Below are positions 49,988-62,599 of a DNA stretch of 64,000 nucleotides, piece after piece. A program made the position numbers and the translations under genes. Source of the stretch: Rhizophagus irregularis (lineage: Eukaryota); assembly GCF_026210795.1 (NCBI RefSeq), contig NC_089429.1, forward strand, positions 868,001-932,000, given 5' to 3'. Position 1 is the first letter of the stretch, and the number at the start of each line of letters is the position of its first letter. The notes beneath the pieces were generated by a model. That model made no database searches. It worked only from the letters and a program-made list of their open reading frames with translations, and was not told where the DNA came from.

Positions 49988-52900
49988 AGGACCCCGAAAT
50001 ATATATATAGAGGTCAGAGGACACAAAAATTTTTTACTAATAGCTGTACGCAAGGGTTTTTAATAAGGTCAGTACGCAAATTTGACACTTAACCTCAAAT
50101 AGTTAGAAAAAATAAGCAAACCAAGCTTATGACTTAATCATCATGTGATTTGCCGTTGTTTATTATAAATTTTAAATGTAAAACACTATCGTATTGTTTC
50201 AATTACATCTTTTCGACCAAAATAACTATAATAATACTGTTTTTCGTTTCCCAGTAGCTTCAATACATTTTCTTCAACTAACACACTAGTTGGTCCAATA
50301 TGATAAATGATATTAGAAGCAAGATGATGAGCTAAAATATTGCACCCTTCGCTAGTTAAATCACTAAATACATGATGGATTGGAATATAAACATGTAAAG
50401 AAATATAAGATATATCATCTAAATTTGTTATTGCTTCTTCAGAATAGCAATGATTGCCATAAGCTTCGAAATAAACTGCAATAACTCTCCCTACACACAT
50501 TTGATTACCATATATAACGAAAACATAATCTCCTTTAATTAACGGAAAATCCTTTGAGATATTCGCAGTTTCAATATTTGGAACTTTTGGAAATAATAAA
50601 TTTATATTAGTACTTGACTGCAATTAAAAGATACATAACAAGAAATTATACTCACTTTGAATAAGAGATTGCTGTATCTTCTTTTTAGGTAAAGTTTGCT
50701 TTTTTTTTAATTTTGCCAATTCTTCAGCATGAAATTGAGCTAAGGTAATAGACATTTTTTTACGGGTTTCCTTCCATCGTTTTTCACGTTGAGTAACAAA
50801 TCGTTGCTCTGGATTTTCATTTTTAGTAAAGTAAGCAACAAAATGACTAGCTTTATTCGGCTGTATAGTGGCAATGGCACTGGTTTTTGTAGAAACTGTT
50901 TTAAATTTTCGTTCAAGTGGCTTTGAAGTATATGCTTCATGTCTTTGCCGTTGTTGTAATAGAATTTCAAAATTTAAGTTATCTTCTATTTCATATTGAA
51001 ATCCGGAGTTAACTATATTTGAGAAATTGTTTGATTAATAAAGAATAAATAATAAATTTTAAAGTATAATAAAATTATCACTTACTGCTGTCTCCATTAT
51101 ATAAAACAGAGAGATCTTTTTGAATTTGATCAATTATATTTAGTTGTGAAGACTCTTTTTGGAATAAATTTGATAAATCATCATCATTATTATCACATTC
51201 TTCTGTTGAAATACGCTTCATTTCATGAGATGCTTCTGTTAATGCTGTGGTTAGGTCAATTTCAGCGTTTTCAACTTGTTCTTTATCGTTTTCATCATGA
51301 AGTTTTCTGCATGACATGGAAACTTCTTTTTCATGAATATTGATTAAAACTTGTAAATTTGGTTCAAGAGCGATATCTGCAGGTTGAATCATTCCAAGAA
51401 ATTCGGCAAGTTCACAAGCTAAGTAGCGTGAATGCTTTATTGTTTGTGAAATTTGTTCATCTGTTGGCCAAAGTCTCAATATTTCTAATGTTGATTCTTC
51501 TAAATTACCAGTATTATAGTCAAAATGATAACCTGTAATAAAATTAATAAAAATTTATTGTTAAAAAAAAAAATAAATAAATAAAAAAAAATTTGTAATT
51601 AAATAATATTACCTTGACGAACAGTTTTTTCTTGATTAAAAGATAATTTTTTTGATCTTAAAGCTCTGGAATACTGTGATATTTTAGGAAGTATTTGGAT
51701 TAAATCTGCAAAATCAAAATCTGGATTTAATTGGCGCGCAATACCAAAAAAGTGTTCCACAGGCTCAGATCCATGAAACCAAGGTAAAAATGGTACTTGT
51801 TGATAATATTCACGATGAGCCTTAATTAACAAAATAAGTGATTCACAAAGAGAAATGAAAATAGCAAATGTTTGGTTTGCTAAAAAGTTTTGTCATATTG
51901 AAATAAATTCAGGATATTTTTGAGAAAGAGTTTCTATATGGATACGCCATAATTGAATGAAAAAATAACCAGTCATAACCATTCTAATTCGTTCAAGTGG
52001 TGCAATATTACGGTTTAGATAACTATCAATGATTTCTCCTTTTATAAATAAAAAATAAATGTTAAAATTAAAATTAATTTTTAAAATATTTATATAGTAT
52101 ACAATTAATATTACCAATTACAAAAATATAAATAGCAAATCCTTCCATTCCAATTTTAACTTTATAATCAGCTGTTAAACATTGTCGAAAATTTGAAGAA
52201 CAAAAGGTTCGATAAGCAGCTGCATCATCTTGACGGTCCAGATTAATAACATCATTCTTATACATAATAGAATCATATTGATTAATAAGTTGTAAAAAAT
52301 GATCAAATCGGGCTGAAGAGTTGCCAAATGTTAATAATCGTGCTCCTGACATTATGGCATTTCTTGCTGTCTTTTTTGCGTGTTTTGGATCCTGAATCCT
52401 TACTACAGGACCAACATTATTAAAAATTGGACAAGAAAAGTTAATATTAAATTGAGGTTCTTTAATTATTAACTTTTCATTTGTTTGAATGTTTAAAATT
52501 AACTGTTGTGCTTGAAATTCTGTTATTGCACCATCAGATCCTAAAGAGAGTATACAAAGACCAAGTTGTGGTGCAATTCCTAAAACTAATTGTTTATGTA
52601 ATTGCGATATTGCATTTGCAGTCTCAGTTCCTTTATTCGGAATTAAAGCAATAACTACAGGAGGAAATGCCGGTAATGGTATCTGTTTTACAATAAAATA
52701 TATAAATTAGAAAATTAATAATTAATAAATAATTTAAATTAAATTCTTACTTGTAAAATATATGCGCGAACATTCTTAGCCATTCCATTTTCTAGTTTAA
52801 TTTTATTAATAATTCTTGGAATATCATTATATGTATTAATTTCTGCTTCTTTTTTTGAAAATACTGATCCAATAATACAACCAAGATTAGGAGAATACCG

Positions 52901-54640
52901 TAATCGTGACTTGAGTTTTGTATTATCGGTCATTGCTGAAACTGGACCATTATAATTTATTGAATCAACTAATCTTTTAAATCTTGCTACATTTTCATAA
53001 CATAGTTCCGGATTCGTTAAATAATCTTCATTATTTCTTCTTAATTGTCTAATAAATTTAGTTAAAACAATTAGAAATCAAAATTTAAACAATTTATATT
53101 TAAAAATATTAAATTAACTAACCGAATTGATTGAAGTGAACGACCTTCTAAATTTTGTCTGAACAATTCTAAGGCCCTTGAACTTATTCCTCCCAAAATA
53201 GTTAAAAAATTGGTAAATTCTTCGCTATATTTTAAATTTCTTTTAGATTTGTTATTGATTTTTCGTTCAATTGCATTACCCATAACCTCACAAAGACCAG
53301 TAAATACTGGCATATCCTTAAAAGCACCTTTTATAGCTTTATTGGCAAGGATAATCCACGGATTCTCTTGTTGATTTTCCGATTCATTATTAAGTGTATT
53401 CCAAATGTCACGAAGGTCACAATTCTGAAGATATCGTTTTAAAGGATTGTCTTCCCAATAATATTTGGGCGTAAATTTGATATTATCAGGTAATGGTAAA
53501 GGTTGCACTATTCTATTGCGTAAAATTTTATTATACCGAATAAAAGAACACTCATGGCATATATTTCCCTCTTCAGCAACTCCAGTACAACTTTTTGCAC
53601 GTATTGCATTACCTTATTTAAAGAAATAAATAGTTATTAATAAAGCAGAAATTAATATTGGAGATCACATATTTAGTGAACTACTTACATGATCGGTCGA
53701 TTTTCCATATAGATTCTGCAAAAAGTGCACGGTTTAATAACCTTTTTTGTTTAGAATTCAATTTTTTTCTATTGAACTTATATGGAAACAGGTTAGGAAA
53801 AAGCTCACGTGCAACAATCTCAATACGACGACTACCACCAAACTGTGCAGGAGTCCGTTTAATGTAACTTGATATTTCTGTAGACCGAAGGCCAATACAA
53901 ATTAATTTTCTTTTTTTAGCATTTTTGCTACTATTTTTATTATCTAATGTTTCATTAATATTAATAGCTAAATATTCATTTTGATCATCTTGATCATCTT
54001 GATTTTGATCATCTTCATTTTCTTCATCAATTCGCACTATATCATCGTCATCCATATTGTCATATATATCAGAATCATATTCCTCTTCCTCCTCAATTTG
54101 TTCATTTTGTTTTAACTTCGCTGGTTGAAACCAATTATATAATGTTCTTTGACCTTCATCCGCTTTGCAACCAGAACGACGAACATGACGGTCAAGATAG
54201 TCCTCTTCCCACTTTCGATTAAGTTTGATTTCTTTGCCACAAATACACACTACTTTTTTAGGATGTATAATACAAGCAACATATTTATGCTTTAAAAGCC
54301 TTTCGTAACTGTATTTCCAACTTGACATCTTTCGAAATAAGTAAAAAAAAAGAGATGTATCTATGATATATCTTGCATAACTATGCAGATCAATTAGTAT
54401 ATTTAAATCTACTTATCACGTGCGTATATATATAAATACGTGTATATCAAATTAGTATCAAAAATACGCAAATCAAACCCCTTACTTATAAAAAATTTAT
54501 CAAAAATACGCAAACTGATAACATGACTTTGGCTAAAAAATCCATTGATTGTACGCAAATCAAAATCTAACCTCAAAAAAAGTTTATATGGTGACGACGC
54601 AACTTTGCACCCCACCTCTATATATATATTTCGGGGTCCT
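49988..54640 (-). mobile_element. P-element-like DNA transposon (4653 bp)
   Basis: 27-bp perfect TIR AGGACCCCGAAATATATATATAGAGGT. 8-bp TSD TACTCACT (49980-49987, 54641-54648). Subterminal TACGCAAA repeats; contains a spliced transposase gene. Confidence 0.9.
50186..54328 (-). pseudogene. 8-exon P-element-like DDE transposase with a single in-frame TGA at 51893-51895
   Basis: Spliced frame gives AMTDNTK, LGSDGA, QDPKHAKKTARN (DxxH), DRQDD and SEPVEHFFGIARQ. These resemble P-element motifs DPPHLLKxxRN and QDxLEHFFGxxR. N-terminal Cys/His clusters. Confidence 0.8.
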
Positions 54641-54799
54641 TACTCACTGCCGTCTCCATCATTTGTTGCTCAGTAAAATAACATATCACTTTTCAGTTTT
54701 CCGTTATTTTAATGATTTTGATGAAAGCAACATGGCCCATATTAACTTTATTTTCGTTGTTATACTTTAAATGTCTGGAAAGTAGTCTTTTGGGTATTT

Positions 54800-55965
54800 C
54801 AATGGAGCAGCATGATGCTATACGTGGGTGGGAGTATAGCGTGCTTACTTTGTAAGCCTGTGAGTACCAGCTTTTGCTGCAGTCTCATGGTAGGGCTGGT
54901 TGGGAATTTGGAGCGGTATAGTACTATGCGAGGGTTGGAGCATAGACGCTTACTTTTAGTAAGCTCGTGGGTACCAGCTTTTGCTGCAGTCCTGCGATAG
55001 GACCGAAGGTAAGTGCACTTTTTTGTTATTTTCAGCTTTTTATTTTTTTTTATGATTTTTTTTATTTCTTCATTATTTTTAGCTTTGGGCAAAATTTTTA
55101 TTGGAGCAGCATGATGCTATACGTGGGTGGGAGTATAGCGTGCTTACTTTGTAAGCCTGTGAGTACCAGCTTTTGCTGCAGTCTCACAGTAGGGCTGGTT
55201 GGGAATTTGGAGCGGTATAGTACTATGCGAGGGTTGGAGCATAGACGCTTACTTTTAGTAAGCTCGTGGGTACCAGCTTTTGCTGCAGTCCTGCGATAGG
55301 ACCGAAGGTAAGTGCACTTTTTTGTTATTTTTCAGTTTTTTTATTTTTTTTTATGATTTTTTTTATTTCTTCATTATTTTTAGCTTTGGGTAAAATTTTT
55401 ATTGGAGCAGCATGATGCTATGCGTTGGGTGGGAGCATAGTGTGCTTACTTTGTAAGCCTGTGAGTACCAGCTTTTGCTGCAGTCTCACAGTAGGGCTGA
55501 ATCAAAGGTTAGTGCACTTTTTATTATTTTTCAGTTTTTATTTTTATTTTTTGTTATTTTTTTATTTCTTCATTATTTTTAGCATTGGGTATTTTTATTG
55601 GAACAGCATAATGCTATGCGTTGGGTGGGAGCATAGTGTGCTTACTTTGTAAGCCTGTGAGTACCAGCTTTTGCTGCAGTCTCACAGTAGGGCTGCTGGA
55701 CCAAAGGTAAGTGCACTTTTTGTTATTTTTTAGTTTTTTTTTTATTTTTTTTATGATTTTTTTATTTCTTCATTAATTTTAGCTTTGGGTATTTTTATTG
55801 GGGCAGCATGATGCTATGCGTTGGGTGGGAGCATAGTGTGCTTACTTTGTAAGCCTGTGAGTACCAGCTTTTGCTGTAGTCTCATAGTAGGGCTGGTTGG
55901 TTGTGGTACAGCATGGTGCTATGCGTAATTTTCATGGGAGGAGCATAGTGCGCTTCTTAGGAAGT
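54800..55965 (+). repeat. Tandem array of ~200-300-bp units: hairpin-rich GC core plus ~75-nt intron-like spacer
   Basis: Repeated GCTATACG..GTATAGC, GCTTACTTTGTAAGC and CAGCTTTTGCTG hairpins. Spacers run AAG|GTAAGTGCAC...TTTTAG|CTTTGGG. Confidence 0.9.
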
Positions 55966-56649
55966 CCCTTGTGGCAGGGCCGTAATACTAAAAAGCGCAA
56001 GATTTTTAAAGTGTTGGTCGCACCAATTTTTTGCTATGAGATAAAAAGTTATGAATATAAGTGTTAAAGAATTAAAATATATCCGAAAATAAAGATGTTA
56101 TTAAGAAATTTATTATAAATCTTGATCTTGAAAGCAATAACATCTCAAAAAAAACATAAAAACAAATACTATTTAATTATTATGATAGAAATTACAGAAA
56201 TTATTTTGATATACTGTACCATTTAAAATAATTTTCTTTATTAAATTATTATTTGCTATTTGTTATATAATATTGAAATATATGTAATATTGGAAATTTG
56301 CTTGTGTATATTATATTATTTTTATTTCATCCTACCATTCTTTTACATATTTACATGTTTTTTATCATTATTTTATTGTCAAATTTATGTATCAAAATTT
56401 TGATATGCCCACTATTGCTTTAATTTCTTTTTTTCTCTTTCTTTTTTTTTCTTGCAAATATGATTCTAAAAAGTAATTTACTGTAGACATTTGTGAATAA
56501 GTATTTTAAATAGTATTAAAATATCTTAGAAATCTTTTGCTTTAATTTCAAAAATTTCAAATAAAAGTATAAAAAAATATTTTTTTTTTCAAAATATCCA
56601 GCAAATTTGTATAAAGTTGTATATGGTTCACTAGTAATGGGAACCTGAA

Positions 56650-57235
56650 GGTTGAAACATTATAAACATATAAACACCTATGTTAACGTGATTCCTTCTT
56701 TGTATGTTTTATATTAATTGAAATTCACTTATAAGTTTAATGGCTACTTTTAAACCATCTCGCTGTATAACCTGTAAATTTCATTCATTGATGTGATGCC
56801 AGATATCCTCTTTGGGAATTCATGTTTAAAGAATTCATTCGATGAATATGTTTCCAAAAGATGATTTTTAATCTCTTGTGGATTGATAATTTTCACTTTT
56901 AAAACAAAGCGAACGAAAGTTGACAAGAAATTTAAGGCATCATCTTTATCGCCTTGGAAACTCATTTGATCTAACCTATACATGCGACAATTTTTATATA
57001 TTTCAAAAGTGGAATGGGTTTTAAGAGCCTTTGAAAGTTCATTAAGTATATTTATTTCATTGGGGATATATATCGGAGAATCAATATTTAATTTACGTAA
57101 TTTTAAAATATCTCTTTCTTGTCTAATATTATTAATTAAAGAACTTACTTTACCCATTCTTCAGACATGATGAACGATCCCATTATACCGTATCTTGTTA
57201 ATCAACTACTTTAATTCGTGATCCTGAGTCAACTG
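56650..57235 (-). pseudogene. Broken gene fragment (ILKLRKLNIDS...KALKTHSTFEIYK...NPQEIKNHLLETYSSNEFF)
   Basis: 135-aa open segment of protein-like composition, flanked by stops and frameshifts. Function not established. Confidence 0.5.
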
Positions 57236-57779
57236 CAAAAAAAATTCATATATGATTTATATCGATCGTTAGTAATTTTTCTGATACCCAATTTTCATTC
57301 CTTAAATAATGAACTCATTTAAGCACTAATATATTTTAATACATATTATTTATCCCGAGTTTCAAATAGTTTATTTTTTAAAACAGTTTTTCGCATAACT
57401 TTTAATTTTATTTTGACGCCACGCCAGATTCCTAAAGCTGACTCATGGGATCGCGAATTAACGCAAAATTCGCAGAAATTGTTAAAAGCAAATTTATACG
57501 TATTAATATGGATAACGATTCTATGGACTTCTTGCAAATTAGATTTAAAATTCTAAGATAAACGTCTTTATGATTGTAAACCAAAGAAGCCAATAATATT
57601 AAGAGATTCGCCTCAATGGTTTGCCAATTAAACAAAGAGCAATGAAAGGTACTTAGATCTATTATCATAGATGATATTTTTAATTTTTATTCATTAAAAG
57701 TTACTATATATAGTATTTATTTTTAACATTTTATTCATCAATACTTAATTCCAAAAGAAATTTATGATAAATAGTTAAA

Positions 57780-58140
57780 TTAAGATGGTAGTATAATTCG
57801 GTACATAGTATGCTCTTATGCAATATTTTAATTTGTAGGATGAAAAAATGAAATTCATTAAACAAAAATATTAATTATCCTCTAAATTAAAGTATTTAAA
57901 ACTTAGGATTAATTCAAGTGATTTAAATGTATTTAAAAATTCTATTAAAATGTTATTAATTAGTGATATATTAAATGCAAGAAGAATATAAAAAATATTT
58001 TATTTGTATAAAGAAATATATTATGAAAAGGGTTTATGTACTTAGCGAATTTAGATCTTTCTCTTGAAAGACGAAGAAGATTAATTTATGATAATAGTCA
58101 TGATTTTGCAAATAATTTTAGATTTATTTATTAATAAAAA
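57780..58140 (+). pseudogene. Decayed 3' fragment of an F-box/LRR paralogue
   Basis: Remnants matching L.SKL.YL, SDLNVF.KNS, IKMLLIS, YIKKYIMK.RV.YLA and FSLKDE of the neighbouring paralogues. Confidence 0.6.
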
Positions 58141-58559
58141 TTCACTTTATAATTCTCATATTATATACGACAAACAGGGCGGGCATCTCTATATCATCAT
58201 GAATTTTGATGATGTCACATTAGAAAAGGTGTCTATTTATTATATTAATGAAAACTTTTATATAAAAATTCTACAGATAACATTATTCCAAAAATCAAAT
58301 ATTATTGAGTTTACTGATATATATGGTGATTTAGAACTATTTATTAAATTTCGTATGCGGCAAAATTTTATTATTATTTTTAATTTTGTAGAAATTTAAC
58401 GGCATTAAATTTAATAAATTTTGTAGCATAATTTATATATTAATTTGTGGCATTAATTTATTAAATTTTATGGTACAACCTTTTCATTATCAGAGATTTA
58501 ATAAATTAAATATGAAATTAATAACCTGTATTATTGAACGGATTACTGTATTATTTTTA

Positions 58560-58818
58560 CTACCCCTATAACAAAAGAATGTCCGCTGAAAATGTCCGGA
58601 AAATGAAAATGTCCAGAAAATTGCAATATTCCGGACATTTTAAGGACACCAGACCTGAGCCCTCCTAGACATTTCTGGACATTTTCCGGAATTCACAATG
58701 TCTCGGCGTCCGGAATATTGCAATTTTCCAGGCATTTTCCGGATACCTGAATATTTTCTGAACATTTTCTGAACATTTTCAACGACAATTTCTAGACATT
58801 CTTTTTTTATAGGAATAG
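58560..58818. mobile_element. MITE with ~24-bp imperfect TIRs and internal inverted AAAATGTCCGGA repeats
   Basis: CTACCCCTATAACAAAAGAATGTC versus the reverse complement of the right end, CTATTCCTATAAAAAAAGAATGTC. Confidence 0.7.
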
Positions 58819-59256
58819 ATTGTATATAGTATAGGGAATATTTATACAAAGTTTCAAGTTTCGCCTACGCAGCCACGCGTATTCACCTTCGCCCATCAAT
58901 TTTTTTCCGATGACTTCATATCATCACACAATGATGCAATTTAATTTATTTTGTTATAATAATAATATGTTTAAATATGATTTTATAATGATTTTCATAA
59001 TATTTTTACTAATATTTTACCAAGTTATTTAAGAAATTCGTCATATGTTATATGTGATCGACAAATGATCTGCAAAGTATGTCTGAGAATAGATAACAAG
59101 AGATCGGCGTGCCGGAATTACTTGTGTTTATTATCAAAAAAAGGAACGATTCACATATTATTTTTATTTCTATTTGTAGTACAACATACGTTACGAAAAA
59201 TTAATAAATTTTGTTCCCAATTGTGAAATGAAAGCCGCTTCTCTTTCTTCGCCAAC

Positions 59257-60900
59257 ATGGCATGCTCAAAAATATTTACAGGATATTTGCCCGAATTAAC
59301 AAATGAAATTATACAAAATTTTAGAAAAGATTTTTCAACATTACATTCGTGTATTTTAGTTAATAGATTTTGGTGTCGTTTAGCGATTCCATTATTATGG
59401 GAAGATCCATTTTCAATTCCTTCCCAAAATTATCGTTGTATTGAAATTTATTTACATTTTTTAAATGAAGATAGCAAAGCAAAATTTAATGAATATGAAA
59501 ATATTAAAATTTTAATACCTACAAATACATTATTTAATTATCCTAGTTTTACTAAATATTTAAGTTTAAATAGTATTTGTTCTTCTGTTGAAAAATGGGT
59601 TGCTACTTTAGTGAATGATAATCGTGAGAACCTAGAGAGATTAGTTTATAGGTCATTATTTGAAGTATTACTTGAAAATGAAGGAAACTTACACTCTTTT
59701 GAATTTGTAATGTCTAGGAATGGTAGTAGTATTTGTACACATTTTAATAATACTATGGAATTGATTTTACAACATCCAAATTTTATTTGCAATATTAAAA
59801 ATTTGGCATTACATATTTTTCATGATATTTTCCTTCAAAATACCATAAATATCATTCCCTTTTTAAAATTTTTATATTCTAATTGTAATTCAATCTCATC
59901 AATTATTTTTCATTTTCGTATATATAATGTTGATAATTTTTCATTAATTGAAAAATGTTTATCACAATTAATTATTTCTCAACATAATCTCAAAATAATT
60001 TCATTTATTGCTTGTAGTACTATTTTATATAAACCATTTTTATCATTAAAAAATTCTAATTGTTCAGATACTTTAAATACAATTATATTTGATAGTATTG
60101 ACTTTAGAAATGTAATTACAGTTTTACAAGAAGTATTTGATCAATTGAATGTTTTAGAATCAATTCATATTCTTTATTGTTATTCTTTAAATTCTGATTT
60201 TGTTCAACAAATTATTAAGGTTAATAAACCTTTTAAATTGAAATCTTTATTTATAGATGAAATATTACACATTGAATCATTACAACTTTTATTACAAAAA
60301 TGTGGTGATTATTTAGAAAATTTTGAATATGGATATATGATCAAAAAGTATGAAGAATCAAGACGACAATTACTTAAATTAGTTATGAAATATTGTACAA
60401 AAATTATATATTTTACTTCAGATAAACCTGATGATATTAATATTTATTTATTAATTGAAAATATTGGACAAACTATCAATTATCTTACTATTCTAATGGA
60501 TGCTAGCAATAAATATAATTCAATTGTATTACAAAATTTAGGACAAGTTCTTCCTTCTAAATTAGAATATTTATATTTGTCACTTTCATTTAGTAATGAT
60601 TTTGAAACATTTTTAAAAAATTCTCAAAATACTTTTATTAAGAAATTATTAATTAGAAATATGTTAAAAGATGATAATAAAATTGTTTTATTTTATATTA
60701 AGGAATATATTATGAGGAAGAAAAGGGTTAAATATTTGGCTTTTTCAGAATTTGTTCCTGGTTACTCTTACACGGAAAAAGAATTGTTTTTCTTAAAAGA
60801 TGAGGTAAATGAATTTAAATTATATAATATTATAGTACAAAAGCATCGAGATTTATATATTTCTCAACATGATATTGTTAATATTAATATAGAATATTAA
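59257..60900 (+). CDS. F-box-like / LRR protein, 547 aa
   Basis: LPELTNEIIQNFRKDFSTLHSCILVNRFWCRLAIPLLWEDP; colinear paralogue of 34964-36583. Confidence 0.88.
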   Translation: MACSKIFTGYLPELTNEIIQNFRKDFSTLHSCILVNRFWCRLAIPLLWEDPFSIPSQNYRCIEIYLHFLNEDSKAKFNEYENIKILIPTNTLFNYPSFTKYLSLNSICSSVEKWVATLVNDNRENLERLVYRSLFEVLLENEGNLHSFEFVMSRNGSSICTHFNNTMELILQHPNFICNIKNLALHIFHDIFLQNTINIIPFLKFLYSNCNSISSIIFHFRIYNVDNFSLIEKCLSQLIISQHNLKIISFIACSTILYKPFLSLKNSNCSDTLNTIIFDSIDFRNVITVLQEVFDQLNVLESIHILYCYSLNSDFVQQIIKVNKPFKLKSLFIDEILHIESLQLLLQKCGDYLENFEYGYMIKKYEESRRQLLKLVMKYCTKIIYFTSDKPDDINIYLLIENIGQTINYLTILMDASNKYNSIVLQNLGQVLPSKLEYLYLSLSFSNDFETFLKNSQNTFIKKLLIRNMLKDDNKIVLFYIKEYIMRKKRVKYLAFSEFVPGYSYTEKELFFLKDEVNEFKLYNIIVQKHRDLYISQHDIVNINIEY

Positions 60901-61180
60901 TAGAGGATAGCGTGTTATCAAACCTTTGCATGTATATTTTAAAAATTGAGGATATATTATAATTTATTAACGTTACAATGGTAATTTTTTCGATCTATTA
61001 AATTTTAATTGGACTATTATTTTTTTTTATTTATATTATAAATAATAAATACTTTAAATGAAAATATTTAATATTTAAAAAATTATAGAAGATATAATTT
61101 ATTTTTAACTTGATGATAATTTAAATGTTATTCCGGGAAATTTGATAGACGTAAGGCTCATATTTGTCAATTATCAATTA

Positions 61181-61760
61181 TCTATATAACTAAGCGATAT
61201 TTAGTTTACATCCATATTAAATAATTGAATTGTGTAACATGAAACCCGTGATGTATCTGCGCCGTGTTAGGATATTTTGATTATCAAGGTCATGTGCACG
61301 TTCCGATAGCCGTTTTCTTTTTTTTTCCATTGATGGTTAACAGCCTTTTTTTATTTTTTATTTTCTCTTTTTCTAGTTTTTGAGAACTGGATTTACATTC
61401 TAGCTTTTAAAAACCGGGATTTTTCTTCTTTTAAAAAAAATTTTTTTTTAATTCTCTTAAGTTCTGTTTTAAAACCTGAATTTCTAAAAATTTTTTCTCT
61501 TACTGCCTGTTCTTTTGAGACTGGCTCTTTTTAATAATATTATTTTCTTTCACGGTTTTATAATTTTTTATTTTTTCTTTATTCCTTTTTGTTTTTTTTT
61601 GTTCTTTTCCCCTTCAGGTTTGGATCAGTGATCGTATTGACACTGCTAAGCCCTTTTTTCCCATTTTTATTTATAATGATTTTTTTTTCATTATTTTTTT
61701 TTTTACCGAAAATTATATTGCCTTTTCACCTTTTAGGTTTGGATCGGTGATCATATTAAA
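61181..61760 (+). mobile_element. 5' portion of a Helitron related to 45692-46879
   Basis: A|TCTATATAACTAA start identical to the other copy; shared internal TTCACC.TTTAGGTTTGGATC..TGATC motif. 3' hairpin/CTAG not found. Confidence 0.6.
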
Positions 61761-62405
61761 ATAATTTGTTTGATTTTATTCAATTGGAATAAGTAAAATA
61801 TCAGATATCTAGACAAATAAAAAAATCAAATAATTAATATAATTAATACTTATCTTAATATTGATCTTTTTGACACCATTAAGATATTTTACGTCTAGAA
61901 AAATCATAAATTTTATTTTCTATATTTATCAAATTTTGCCCGAATTTTTGAGCCGTTTTCTTAATTTTTCATATAAAAAGATCGGCAGAGGCTTGTCCAA
62001 TTTTGGACGAAAATTTTTTCCGTTAATTTTTATACAGTATACGCGCGGAAAAAAATTTAAGTATGTAATATATATTTTGCGTTAAAAAAAAAATAATATA
62101 TTAATTATATATATATTGAGTTTATTTGATTTAACATTGCATTACCAGTAATGTGACTAATATTTATTTTTAACCACAGAGAAACCAATAAGTATGTAGT
62201 TTTATAAAGTTAACCCAAAGATAAGATTTTCTGGTAATTTTTATCTTTAAGGGGAAAAAATTTTAGTCGATCATCCCATTTTGACCAGATTTTCGCCAAA
62301 ATTTTCCCATTCCATTTTTAAAAATCACCACATGCACAGTTGCCGTGGATACAAAAAAAATTGCCTTTTTGGTAAAAAAGTCTCCAGTTAATCTTTATAT
62401 TATTA

Positions 62406-62470
62406 TGTACTTGTACATGTACATGAACATGAACATGAACATGAACATGTACAGTACATGTACATGTACA
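62406..62470. repeat. (CATGAA/CATGTA)n microsatellite
   Basis: Directly visible hexamer repeats. Confidence 0.8.
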
Positions 62471-62599
62471 GAGAAAGTGAACATTCACTATGGAAACTTT
62501 TTGCGCTGAGTTTAACTGTGCTGCTCAAAAAGAATGTTAACTTGACAGATCATGAAATAGTATGTTGATCATTTTTTATTAAAATGTGAAAAAAAAAAA

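Noticed and set aside
54799..55652. Short repeated ORFs in the tandem array; spliced-leader RNA genes
   Set aside because: The ORFs derive from the repeat and have no protein-like motif. Each donor is followed by a cis acceptor and no clear Sm site, which argues against SL RNA.
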